A DNA stretch of 64,000 nt from Epithemia pelagica (GCA_946965045.2 OX337240.1:620001-684000), one strand, 5' to 3'. Positions 1-10,226 are shown, numbered from the stretch's first letter. Made by a program: numbers and translations. Notes: generated by a model from the letters alone, not told the origin.

Positions 1-2
1 GA

Positions 3-754
3 GACGTGAGTCTGGACGAGGAGCGTGCAGCCAATCTTCGAGCCACCACGGCCAAAGTGAGAGATAAAACGCCGTAGCATACAGCGTACATCGCCTCGTT
101 AATCTCGAAGTTCCTCCGTTGTTGGGAAAGGGTGCAGACCAATCTCAAACAACCAATTCCAGAGCTCTGGGTGGCGCTCCAAAATTTGAGGACTTCCATC
201 CACCCTCCGGTCGAGAAGGCATACACCAGCGTATTTTGGATCACGTCAAGGACAGAAGGCGCACGTTGGAACAAGCCATTAGTGATTTGTTCGCGTTTGG
301 AACGGAGCCGGCGAGTGTTGCCCACGAGTTGTTGCTTCAGAGCAAGACCTTTTGGGATGACCTCTGTCATTGGATTGTGCGATACCATCAGCAAGTCCAG
401 GCAGAGAGTGAAGCAAGTTCCCAAGAGGTGTGGATCCTCATTTCCCACTGCGTGCGTGCGATTTTCCGAAGTTTGAGGGAGGCTCGAGCCCCAGGACGTG
501 CAACCAATACTCCAGCTGGTATGCTTTGGGGAACTCTCCGCGCCCATGAAGTTATGAAGGAGTACCGTCAATCGGATTTCAGTGGGCACCCCAAGATCGC
601 CTTGATCCTTCACGAACACTTGATTCGCTTTGCTACGCCGCGATCCAAGTTCTCTTCTCTCAAGACAGGTTTGGAGGATCGAATGGACAAAGTGCAACGT
701 ACGTTGAATTCAGTAGTTGCTGCAAACAACAAAGGATCGACCAAGAAAGCGTGA
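3..754 (+). pseudogene. gag-like ORF1 of the DIRS element (3' part), disrupted
   Basis: ORF 119-754 (211 aa). The upstream frame (DVSLDEERAANL...KTP*HTAYIAS) joins it across a TAG at 75-77 and a 1-nt shift near 100 (restores YIASFNLEVPPLLGKG). Gag identity is inferred from position only. Confidence 0.6.
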
Positions 755-766
755 TCCATCAATATT

Positions 767-2002
767 GTGATGGAGGGAGGAAATCGGAAACGGAAGGTGT
801 TGGAGGATTTGGAGAAACAAGCGATTGAAAAGGAAAAGGGCGAAGGCGAGTGCTGTGATAACCACTCGACAAAGTTTAATTGTTACGTAAAAGATTCGTC
901 GAATTCCACGTCGCCTGTTGGAGTGGCTGAGCGAAAGATCACTCGGTTGAAAGTAGGTAAAGGTGATTGTAAGATTGGGTTGGCGAGCGGTGGGACTCCC
1001 TTTTGGTTTTGGGCGGTGTCATCGCTGGGTGAGGTATTATGGATTGATACACCGGAAGAGAAGGTAGACAATGGGGAAACTGGAGCTTCCAGTTGGGCGA
1101 AGTTAGCGATCAGTCGAGAGAATCGCTTGTCGAAAAACAAGGGAACAAAGAAGATGAGAATCACGGTTCGGCAACCACAATCCTGGCAGGTTCGACCAGA
1201 AGTTGACGTTGTGTTGTTCGATGGAGGGTGGACTCCCACACCTGGCCATCCAGTTTGGAAAATGCCAACGGTTCAAGTGGTGTGTTGGATTGGAGGTCGG
1301 CAGGGTGCAGGACCACATCGTCAAGACCCACGGTGGACGACAACGACGATGCTACTGAGCCATGATGAATTGGGTGGAGTCACGACACAAGAGTCGCTGA
1401 TTCATGTGGCCGAGCGAGTGGTGGAAGAAAGAACGAACCGTTTTGTTGATTGTTGGAGGAATTTCATGGAACCAGGATTGGAGAATACAACGATGAGTGG
1501 TGTCATCGATCCAACGATTAATGGGCGCGACTGCCCGGCACCAACGGCATATGATCCAACGAAGGAGGGCGTCGGACTGGTCCATAGAAAGATGAACTGG
1601 AAGAAGGATCGACACCGAACTCATGTGCTCCCCAGTGTTTTCACCACATCGAGTTATGTGGAGCGTCGCCTCGCTCCCCAAGAGTTGGCAATTGCGTTGG
1701 ATTTCCCGGCTGAGCTTCATAAGAGGGGTTCACGGGATGAGTTGAATTGTTGGATAGAAGGACTGGTGGTTCCATTCAAATGTCGCGTCCAGGTTGCTCT
1801 CTCGTTGCGAGAATGGATGAGTGGAACACAGGAACAGGAGGAGGAAGAGTTGGTTCGTGATTTGGATTCTCGGCAAAGGGACCGAAATTCAGCGGCGAAT
1901 TCTGATGAGGCACGAATGACGGAAGTTGAGGCTTTGTACTCAGCTCTTGAAAGTGACGAAGGAGTTAGCTCATTGAATATCGAGGAACGTCGTGAGATAT
2001 AA
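767..2002 (+). CDS. DIRS ORF with degenerate C5 cytosine methyltransferase-like motifs; probably the N-terminal part of the pol polyprotein
   Basis: 411-aa ORF with IGLASGGTPFWFWAVSSLGEVLWID (motif I-like), EVDVVLFDGG (IV-like, no PC), LSHDELGGVT (VIII-like) and RRLAPQELAIALDFP (IX-like). Two -1 shifts (~2000, ~2133) would join it to pol through KATKSDDAEVPTYLWDDRI. Confidence 0.55.
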   Translation: MMEGGNRKRKVLEDLEKQAIEKEKGEGECCDNHSTKFNCYVKDSSNSTSPVGVAERKITRLKVGKGDCKIGLASGGTPFWFWAVSSLGEVLWIDTPEEKVDNGETGASSWAKLAISRENRLSKNKGTKKMRITVRQPQSWQVRPEVDVVLFDGGWTPTPGHPVWKMPTVQVVCWIGGRQGAGPHRQDPRWTTTTMLLSHDELGGVTTQESLIHVAERVVEERTNRFVDCWRNFMEPGLENTTMSGVIDPTINGRDCPAPTAYDPTKEGVGLVHRKMNWKKDRHRTHVLPSVFTTSSYVERRLAPQELAIALDFPAELHKRGSRDELNCWIEGLVVPFKCRVQVALSLREWMSGTQEQEEEELVRDLDSRQRDRNSAANSDEARMTEVEALYSALESDEGVSSLNIEERREI

Positions 2003-2099
2003 AAGCGACAAAGTCAGACGATGCAGAAGTCCCCACTTACCTGTGGGATGATCGCATCTGTGACAAACTGGGGATTCAGGACATAGCCCAACAGGCAAA

Positions 2100-4529
2100 G
2101 TGTGTCAAGGCCCTCAATGTTATTCGGAACGGTTAGTCTGTTCGGACTTTTGGGAGTGGTGGCGGTCTCAACGATTTGATCACGATAATGGAGATGTATC
2201 GTTGCGAGACCGAACGCTTCAAGCTGGTCTGAGTGCGTTGGCCCATGCCTCCCAGGCATCATGGTGGGACTGGGACAAGGGTTCCTCGCCGTTTTTCTGG
2301 CGGATGCCGGATGCTCAGTGGATGCGGGAAATGAGGGATGGGATCGCTCCAATGTGGATAGGAGAACCCCCTTCATACCGGCGCAGGCAACAAGCGAATC
2401 CTGATGAAAAACAGAGGGCATTTGAGAAGAAAAAACTGACGAAAGTGAGGACGCGAGGTTATATTGCTCCCACAAACGGCATCAAGTCTTTGACAAGTTT
2501 CTTTTCAGTGCCCAAGGGAGAGGACGATATTCGCATGGTATACGACGGTACCAAAAGCGGGTTGAATGCCTCTCTATTTGCACCTTGGTTCGGGTTGGGC
2601 AATGTCACTTCTATGTTGCGCACTGTAGAATCAAGAACATGGTCAGCAGACAATGATTTTGGTGAGATGTTCCTTAATTTCTGGTTGCATCCGGACTTAA
2701 GGGCATACACGGGCATCGACATCACTGACCTTTTCCCAGAGGAGTTGAAGAAGCGATTTGGAAGAACTCGATTATGGGAAGCATGGACGAGATGCGCCAT
2801 GGGTTTGACTACGTCTCCATATCAGGCGACACAGAATGCACAACGTGTCAAAAGAATCGTATTTGGGGACAAGTCAGATCCGAAAAACATCTTCGGATGG
2901 GTGGACGTCAGATTGAACTTACCAGGGGACGCAGACTATGATCCAAGCGTACCTTGGATTAGCAAGATCCGCGCTGACGGAGTCATCGCAGCTGATGTGC
3001 ATCCTTATGTGGATGATCTCCGAGAAACGGCGCCGACGGAGGAAGAAGCTTGGAATGCAGCGAGCAAAATGGCCAAAGGAGCGGCTTTCTTTGGATTGCA
3101 GGATGCTGCAAGAAAGCGCAGACCCCCAAGCAGAAAACCGGGCGCATGGGCTGGAGCAGTGATAGGAACGGATGAAAATGGAAATGTGTTCAAGACGGTA
3201 TTGGAAGAAAGATGGAAAAAGACTAAGGGGCACATCAACACCCTCAAGCAGTGGGCGAAGGAAGGAGGAAAGATCAATCGCAAGGAGTTAGAACGGGTGA
3301 GAGGTTTTTTGGTGTACGTGTCGCTAACGTTCGACACCATGGTTCCGTACCTCAAAGGCATTCATTTAACATTGGAGACATGGCGATCGGACCGAGATGC
3401 CGAAGGATGGCGATTGCCGGAAAAGGATCGGCGGAAGAGAAAATTTAGCGAGATGATAGCGAATGAAGTGCCTCCAAAAGAAGTGGATCCGGCTCCGCGA
3501 TTTGCAAGCGATGTTGCCGCTCTAGATGAATTGACGAAGGATGAATCGCCACCTCAGATCTTGGCTCGGCCAACAAAAGGAGCGAAAGCAGCGATTATCT
3601 TCGGCGATGCGTCTGGTGAAGGTTTTGGATCATCTCTTTGGCTGTACGGATCAGCGACGGTAGAGACTGAACATGGCCTGTGGACGAAGGCTTATGGAGG
3701 GCGATCATCCAACTATCGCGAATTGTACAATTTGGTGCTCAGGTTGGAAGCTTTGGTGGAGGATGCCACAATACCGAAAGGTTCTGAAATCTTCATGTTT
3801 ACGGATAACTCCACAGCAGAGTCTGCATTTTTCAGAGGCACCTCATCGACGCCGCTCTTGTACGAACTCGTGCTGAGAACGAAACGATTAGAGATGACGG
3901 GACAAGTCTTCGTGCGGGTGATATGGGTTGCAGGGACAAGGATGATTGAGCAAGGGACTGATGGTTTGTCCCGCGGAGATCTGATGACTGGAGTCATGGC
4001 AGGAAGCGACATGCTGATGTATGTGCCATTAAACAAAACTGCCGAGGAAAGGCAAAGTGGATTGGCCGAGTGGCTAAAGAGTTGCGCTCCATCGCTGCCC
4101 TGGAAGGTGTTGGATACCAAGGATTGGTTCGATCGAGCCTTCGATGACGAAAATTTTATCTGGATGCCACCTCCTGCAATTGCCGATGTGGCCGTTGATC
4201 AGTTGTGCGAGGCACGCCATATACGAACTCGAACCGGACACATGTTTATTTGCCCTGCCCTTATGACAAATTGCTGGCGTAAAAAGCTCGGCAAAGTTGC
4301 GGATTGTGTGTTTACCGTGCCAGTGGGCAGTTTCTTGTGGAGAAAATCTCAACACGAACCTTTGATTGTTGCTTTTGTCTGTCCTTTTCTTTACAGACGT
4401 CCCTGGCAAGTTAAGCGGAACAAGAGTTTACTGGAGCAGGTGGACGGGGAATTGCAAGGCTTGTGGCCGACCGGTCCTGCCGCTGTCAGGGATTGCTTGC
4501 GCAAACTTTGGGTGTACCAGGGGGACTAG
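2100..4529 (+). CDS. DIRS pol: reverse transcriptase, RNase H and C-terminal MT domain
   Basis: RT motifs DNDFGEMFLNF and HPYVDD. RNase H motifs FGDASG, ELY, FTDNS, GTDGLSRG. C-terminal FIWMPPP...FICPALM..W resembles the DIRS1 MT domain. Confidence 0.92.
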   Translation: MCQGPQCYSERLVCSDFWEWWRSQRFDHDNGDVSLRDRTLQAGLSALAHASQASWWDWDKGSSPFFWRMPDAQWMREMRDGIAPMWIGEPPSYRRRQQANPDEKQRAFEKKKLTKVRTRGYIAPTNGIKSLTSFFSVPKGEDDIRMVYDGTKSGLNASLFAPWFGLGNVTSMLRTVESRTWSADNDFGEMFLNFWLHPDLRAYTGIDITDLFPEELKKRFGRTRLWEAWTRCAMGLTTSPYQATQNAQRVKRIVFGDKSDPKNIFGWVDVRLNLPGDADYDPSVPWISKIRADGVIAADVHPYVDDLRETAPTEEEAWNAASKMAKGAAFFGLQDAARKRRPPSRKPGAWAGAVIGTDENGNVFKTVLEERWKKTKGHINTLKQWAKEGGKINRKELERVRGFLVYVSLTFDTMVPYLKGIHLTLETWRSDRDAEGWRLPEKDRRKRKFSEMIANEVPPKEVDPAPRFASDVAALDELTKDESPPQILARPTKGAKAAIIFGDASGEGFGSSLWLYGSATVETEHGLWTKAYGGRSSNYRELYNLVLRLEALVEDATIPKGSEIFMFTDNSTAESAFFRGTSSTPLLYELVLRTKRLEMTGQVFVRVIWVAGTRMIEQGTDGLSRGDLMTGVMAGSDMLMYVPLNKTAEERQSGLAEWLKSCAPSLPWKVLDTKDWFDRAFDDENFIWMPPPAIADVAVDQLCEARHIRTRTGHMFICPALMTNCWRKKLGKVADCVFTVPVGSFLWRKSQHEPLIVAFVCPFLYRRPWQVKRNKSLLEQVDGELQGLWPTGPAAVRDCLRKLWVYQGD

Positions 4530-5943
4530 CAGAGTCTGTGACGGAATTTGGCATGCAAGATGCTACAAGCAGCTGACAGAGGACAAATTTCCTGTCTATG
4601 AAGCAGGAGACTTGGACGACGCCTTGTTAGATACAGAGCTCCATGGTGAATTGGCCGATGATGAACAGCGCTTCAAAGAAGCACGGGTTGGCGATGATTT
4701 GATGTGTGTGTTTCAATGCGACGATTGTAGCTTCTATAATCTGCAAGGAAGGTTTGCAAACGCACACAAGGAAGCAGACAAGTTGTTGTTGTTGTGCATT
4801 CGCAGAGCGATCTTGGATTCCTTTTGGTCTCGAGAGCGTACTACGGTGGAGAAGAATTGGAGAGAGGTGAGAGGTCTGATCGAAGCTGGTGAAGCCATGG
4901 GTTTGGACCAACCCTTACCACAGCGAGGACCATGTCCAGTGGCAGACGATCAAGGACTCAAGGTGGCTTGCCTCATGTTGATGAAGACGATGAACCAAGG
5001 AAGGAACTCAAGACACATCCAATTTGAAACAGCACGAAAAGTAAGATCAGCGGTGTCAAATTTCTATCATGCGCTGCCGGGTGGAACTGGCTTGGCAACG
5101 GTCGGACACGGTGATCGAGGTGGATTGTTTTTTAGTGGAAGTCCGACGAATTCCCATTGGTATAAGCGATTTATGACAGGTTGTCATCGGCGGATGGGAG
5201 ATGTCTGGATACCAGATCAAGCCACCACATTGGATGAGGTCAAGGCTGGTTTGGCTGTGTTGGAGGAGGAGTGGCAAGGAGGATTGCAGGGTGCAAGGAA
5301 GCGAGAGGTAGCGTTAACAGGTGCATTGGTTGTGGCTGGATTTGTGGCGGCTCTGAGAGGTGAAGAAATCCCTCAAATCGACATCGGATTGATGCGGAAA
5401 TATTGGGTCGAGGGCATTGAATACCCCCGAAAGAAACATGTTCCTTTGGCTCTGGCCGGTCGCTTCAAGCAAACCAACGGAACCTTCAGAATTTACATCC
5501 ACCCATTGGCGGACACGACAAGTTCGGGCATTGAAGTTCGGTTGTGGTTGGAACGAGCCATTCGATGTTGGAATGCCAATGGGGTGACTTCTGGGCCGCT
5601 GTTCCGAGTAACAAAAGGAAATGGGAAGGTATCTCGCGCTTCTGTGGGTGACTTAGACGTCTTATTCCACGATTTGTGGAAGCGCGTGCAGCATCGATAT
5701 CCGCAACTCATTCCAGACATGACAAAGGTGGAGGAGGCATATAGTGTGAGGCGATCATTGCGAAGAGGAGCAACAACAGAGGCTCAAAACAGGGCAATTC
5801 CAACGGACGTACTTGAGGCAAATAATTGATGGAGAAAACACTTGAGAGGAAGAGGAATCCTTCCCACAATGTCGATGGTGGAGAGATACACTGATGCCAA
5901 GGCTTCGGTGGAAGCTCTTGTCAGGTTTTCAGAACTGATGTGA
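4366..5943 (+). pseudogene. Tyrosine recombinase of the DIRS element with a premature stop
   Basis: ALRGEE (Arg) and SLRRGATTEA (HxxR-box equivalent). TGA at 5827-5829 interrupts NN*WRK; the frame then continues through MVERYTD (likely catalytic Tyr, 5887-5889) to TGA 5941-5943. Confidence 0.88.
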
Positions 5944-6439
5944 AGAAGAAGATCGTAAAATGATAAAGAGATGATGACAAGATATGAGGGGAACGACCAC
6001 ACGGGGTGAAGACTCGACCGTACTACCTAGTGGTACGTCCAGGTCGCTTGTTGTCTGTCAGCTTGACTGTTAAAGATCAATGGGCTATTTCTCCAGGTTG
6101 GTTGCTGGGGGGTGGCACCCTACAGCATCTGACTACTGTACTACTGCGAAGAGATTTCGAGAGTACAGGCTCACTTTGTGAGTAGAAGGAGAATGGCTCA
6201 CTGGTTGGAGACACGCTCGTCCACAGCAGACGCGCATTGTTCAGAATCTGGAGTTCTGGCAGCGCGGCGCGATTCCGGATCCCTCCCTATATGGGATTGA
6301 TATGGGATTGATGGGTGGGGGGCCTATACCCCCCCCCCCCCCAGTGTTGGTTAAGTACTTTAATATAATGTTATCAGGATGATGAACGTGACACGAACTC
6401 TGAAGAGTGTGTTGATTGGAAGAGTGAGGATGAAGTACT

Positions 6440-6490
6440 GTCGTCCTACGTCACATGCGGTTGGGAGGAACTTTCTACGCGCATCCCAAA
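6440..6490 (+). repeat. Left remnant of a duplicated promoter segment (paralog of 20497-20537), split by the hAT insertion
   Basis: gtcgtcctacg...ttgggaggaactttctacgcgcatcccaaa matches 20497-20537. Confidence 0.9.
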
Positions 6491-6556
6491 CAGGGTTGTG
6501 TAGCAGGGTTGTAAAGTGACTATAGAGACGATAGTGAATTTACTCTGCTCCTTTTA

Positions 6557-7914
6557 CCCTCGGTATCAGTGTCCACTGCTTAGCTGTTTTTTGTCTGTGC
6601 CATCATTTTAGGTTCCCAGGTGGACACAGACATCATTTTTTGCTTTTGAGACAAATAGAAATGATCAAATGGCAAATTGGCACGCATACCCAGCTGGAGT
6701 TTTCACAGTTTGAAACAGACGCATGCCCAGCAAGCGGCCGTGCGTGGATAACTGCTGGTTGCTCCATAATTCATAATGACAAGCACACAATTCTTTTCTC
6801 TTGTTGCCGAAGCACATCGTACGAATGGCATTCCAGGTGAGTGTGATCCGTTGCCAATTGCCATGACAATTACATAGCTCATGCTCACTGATCACTGACA
6901 CTTGTCACTTTTGTTTGCTCTGCTCATGGGAAGAGAGGCGATCATCTGTTGTGTCTCTGGGTAGCTCATTACGTGCCATTCTACATTTCGAAATGACGGA
7001 TTTTTGATAACTTTCATTCGATTCATAAACAGACTGCAGACATTGTTTTCTTTATATACTAGGAGTAGAAAAAGAACTCAAGTGCTATTCATTTGTAGAG
7101 TTCAGTGCATTCTGAATTCGTTGCAGATCTCTTTTCTGTTTTGAGCATGGCAATGACTCTCAGTTTCACCATGAACACAAGCAGCTCTCACACGCTACAG
7201 CTACAACTTTTGACTCTATGAACTGATAGACATGGAAAGTAGGGTGTGGCAAGAGCAAGAGGGCTTCCCATCTATTTGAAGCAAAAACAACAAAGTGTTC
7301 GGTCATTGAGAAATGAGATGATGCTACGACCTATGACGATAGTGAATCATCTATCCTACAGAAGACATGAAAGCAACCAACCAACAATCAAACAACAAAA
7401 CAATTACTCCTACATCAACAAATGAGACGGGTAAGATACTCCAGTTGTCATCAAGCGGCTTGTTCCTAGTCTACTCGTTCAACAAGAGACAAGCCAAAGG
7501 ATCATGCATGAACAAGAGGAAAGATTGCAGCAGTGATGAGTGAGAAGAAAGAAAAAGAAACAAGAAGATTAGAAATAAGCCACAGTAGTGAGAAGTGAGA
7601 AGCAGTTCAGGTTCAGCCCAGCATGTTGCATCCATTGTTCTCACCTCACGTCATGGTCAAGCATTTGGCTCGGTTTTTGGTGTTTTGTGACAGACGAGGA
7701 CGGGAGGGTTGCCCAAAAAATTTGAATCGTGGTGACCAGAGGACAACCACCAACCGTTAACTGTCACATGCACGCTGGCCTTGCTCCAACCCTGAGGAAT
7801 TTTATTGGGTAGACAGACAGACGAAAAACATAAAATGCTGGCTGTGTCCACTTGGGAACCTGTGAAGGTGGCACAGACAAAAAACAGCTAAGCAGTGGAC
7901 ACTGATACCGAGGG
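6557..7914. mobile_element. Non-autonomous TIR element nested in the hAT left end (CCCT termini, piggyBac-like)
   Basis: Perfect 46-bp inverted repeat (6557-6602 / 7869-7914) extending imperfectly to ~85 bp. No long ORF. Flanks TTTA/AATA are not a clean TSD, so the superfamily is uncertain. Confidence 0.8.
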
Positions 7915-8350
7915 AATATATTTTATCAGTGAATATACTTAGTGTTATCGAGTCACCTTCAAAATCATAGTGAACCAACCTAGTGAATTACAATTCCTCT
8001 ATATGATCCTCTTGACTTTACTTAGAATTATGTCTCAAAGTCAATTCACCGTGTCTCTCCACGTGACTTACTCTGTCTACACACATAATTGACTTTGACT
8101 TAGAATTTATCAATAATTCCCTCTAATTCTCTAATAATTCTCTGACTTAAGTAGCGTTTTTCCTAATGACTTAAGTCAATACAACCATTGCATGATACTA
8201 CACTGTAATGTCTGCTAGTTAACGGTATATGGTGCCAGGTGCCAGTGCATATTTGCTCGTTACACACTCTGCACTCTGCACCTCTGCACCTCTGCATTCG
8301 ACACTCTGCACTTCTATTCGTTTCAAGTCTACTTTCTGCTTTGAAACAAA

Positions 8351-9277
8351 ATGGTTCCTGCATGGAAGAGCCATCACCACATTATTTACGAATCGAGATG
8401 TCAAACTCGATACATCCTTCACTGTCCCATTTCACTTGTTATATTTTTGGAAGAAGAACTTCACTCACCACAAGATGACAACGAAGATGAGAGTCTCGTG
8501 ATGATCCTATCCGATCTCATCTTAACTTGGCTAATCCGAACAAACAAGACTGTGGCGGTCAGACAAGTCAATACATTGTCCTCAAGGACACACAAGTGCA
8601 CAGCCAACAGCATCTCTTCCAACAAGGCAATTGAACAAATCTCACAAACTATCATTGAAGCAGCAACTTCTGCTTCCTTGACCCATTTTATTGACACCGA
8701 TTACCCAGAACATGCCAATCCATGTTTGGAGATCTATTGTTTACCTACCTTTGAACGACAAGAATGTTCCAACAAGCATTTGCTACGCTGTTCCGAATAT
8801 ATGATAGAGCAAAGCAAATTTTGCCATCTCCCCTTCTCAAGTCTCATCATGTCTTGGATGGTTCGAACGAATTGTCGTTTTCTTGTGCAGTCCCCAATTC
8901 CAACTGGAGAGGAAGGTCCTCGTTTCATGTTTCTTCCTAGCACCATCTTTCCTCTCATTGACCTATTTGTGGACAAAGTAAGAGTCTTCATTGATGAAAA
9001 TGACAAACCAACACAACAACAAACCAACCCTGCCAATCCTACGAACATTGAATCTATCTCTCCCCAACTTGTCACCCCGGTCTCTACAAAGAAAAGGAAA
9101 CAGACGACCGTGAATAAATCATTGTTCCATCCTTATTCTACTCGGACAAGAACTACGCAAATCTCACAACTACTACAATCTGCATCTCGGTCAAAGATCA
9201 AAATTAAATACCACATCCGTGGTATGACAACAGAACGACATATGCCAGGTCAACCACCCATTTTACTGCCTCTCTGA
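8351..9277 (+). CDS. Hypothetical protein (hAT cargo, up to 308 aa)
   Basis: Long ORF inside the TIRs with a twice-repeated motif (LILTWLIRTN / LIMSWMVRTN). Its stop lies 10 nt before the glycosylase ATG. True start uncertain. Confidence 0.6.
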   Translation: MVPAWKSHHHIIYESRCQTRYILHCPISLVIFLEEELHSPQDDNEDESLVMILSDLILTWLIRTNKTVAVRQVNTLSSRTHKCTANSISSNKAIEQISQTIIEAATSASLTHFIDTDYPEHANPCLEIYCLPTFERQECSNKHLLRCSEYMIEQSKFCHLPFSSLIMSWMVRTNCRFLVQSPIPTGEEGPRFMFLPSTIFPLIDLFVDKVRVFIDENDKPTQQQTNPANPTNIESISPQLVTPVSTKKRKQTTVNKSLFHPYSTRTRTTQISQLLQSASRSKIKIKYHIRGMTTERHMPGQPPILLPL

Positions 9278-9287
9278 AGGAAAATTC

Positions 9288-10115
9288 ATGTCCTATACAT
9301 CACTTGATCCGGTCACCATGCAAAAACAACGCAATCTCCTGTTTGGTCTTCTAAGTTTTCGTAACCATCTGCTCAACAACAACATCGTTTCCCCAAGAGA
9401 CAACTGGGAACAATGGATGGACGACTATTTGGAAAATCCCTCAACTATTGGTGATTCACATTCTCAACAACCAGACCGTGCCTTTATGTGCTTAATTATC
9501 ATCATTATGAGCTCGAGCACATCGGATTCTCACCTTGGCAAAATTATCCCTCGGTTATTTTCCATCGGGCTAACCTCTGCCACCGCTTGTATCGATATTG
9601 CAACCCAATACGGCATGGATGCATTCTGTGCTCTAATCTCTGATGCAGGACGATACTATCAGAATGCGGAACGAATTGTAAACTGCGCGGACTATTTTAT
9701 ACAGACACATGGAGGAGTGATCCCTCCTAATATTTGTGCCCAAGAATTTCAACGTCTACGCGGCATTGGACACAAGACCGTTATGATTGTCCTATCTTCT
9801 TCATTTTCTCGCGATGAGGGGATACCATGTGACGTCCACGTATTCCGATGGTCTTTCCAATTGGAATGGACACGTGGCAAAAAGATGGAGAGTGACTCTT
9901 TCCGTTGTTCCAATCTCTTAACCTCGTGGATACCCAGGGATTCGTGGAAACAGATTAATCCATTATTTGGATCTCTCGGGCCACTCCTACAATCAAACAA
10001 AACTCGCCCACAAGTGCTTTCATTGCTTGATTCCTATTCCGAAACACATGCTGGCAATAATGTGAAGCAACTGGTACCTATGATGGCCAACATATATCAA
10101 CGCAGCGGAAAGTAG
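9288..10115 (+). CDS. Endonuclease III (Nth)-like HhH-GPD DNA glycosylase, hAT cargo, no 4Fe-4S motif
   Basis: FMCLIIIIMSSSTSD, AGRYYQNAERI, HGGVIP, HhH motif LRGIGHKT (Lys 9774-9776), GIPCDVHVFR (Asp 9831-9833) and SWIPRDSWKQINPLFGSLG all follow the Nth/NTHL1 pattern. Confidence 0.92.
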   Translation: MSYTSLDPVTMQKQRNLLFGLLSFRNHLLNNNIVSPRDNWEQWMDDYLENPSTIGDSHSQQPDRAFMCLIIIIMSSSTSDSHLGKIIPRLFSIGLTSATACIDIATQYGMDAFCALISDAGRYYQNAERIVNCADYFIQTHGGVIPPNICAQEFQRLRGIGHKTVMIVLSSSFSRDEGIPCDVHVFRWSFQLEWTRGKKMESDSFRCSNLLTSWIPRDSWKQINPLFGSLGPLLQSNKTRPQVLSLLDSYSETHAGNNVKQLVPMMANIYQRSGK

Positions 10116-10226
10116 AATTAATTGGATATTACTATAGTTCTTAGTTCTTTCTTCATGAAAGTCTTTGGTTTTTGGTGGATTGTGGATATCTTTCTTTGTT
10201 TTCTGTTTGTGTTTCGGTACTGTAAC

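Larger units (their letters stand above)
1..6342 (+). mobile_element. DIRS-like tyrosine-recombinase retrotransposon, decayed; left end lies outside the window
   Basis: ORF order is gag-like, RT-RNaseH-MT, then an overlapping tyrosine recombinase. Several stops and frameshifts. The right end is placed tentatively at the G-run/C14 tract (6313-6342). Confidence 0.88.

Noticed and set aside
6377-6490. Open frame DDERD...WEELSTRIPN continuing after the hAT (HFLVHENLLANALGQCRSYC) as a disrupted gene
   Set aside because: It lies in the duplicated promoter segment, differences from the 20377-20616 copy are not synonymous-biased, and there is no start or domain.
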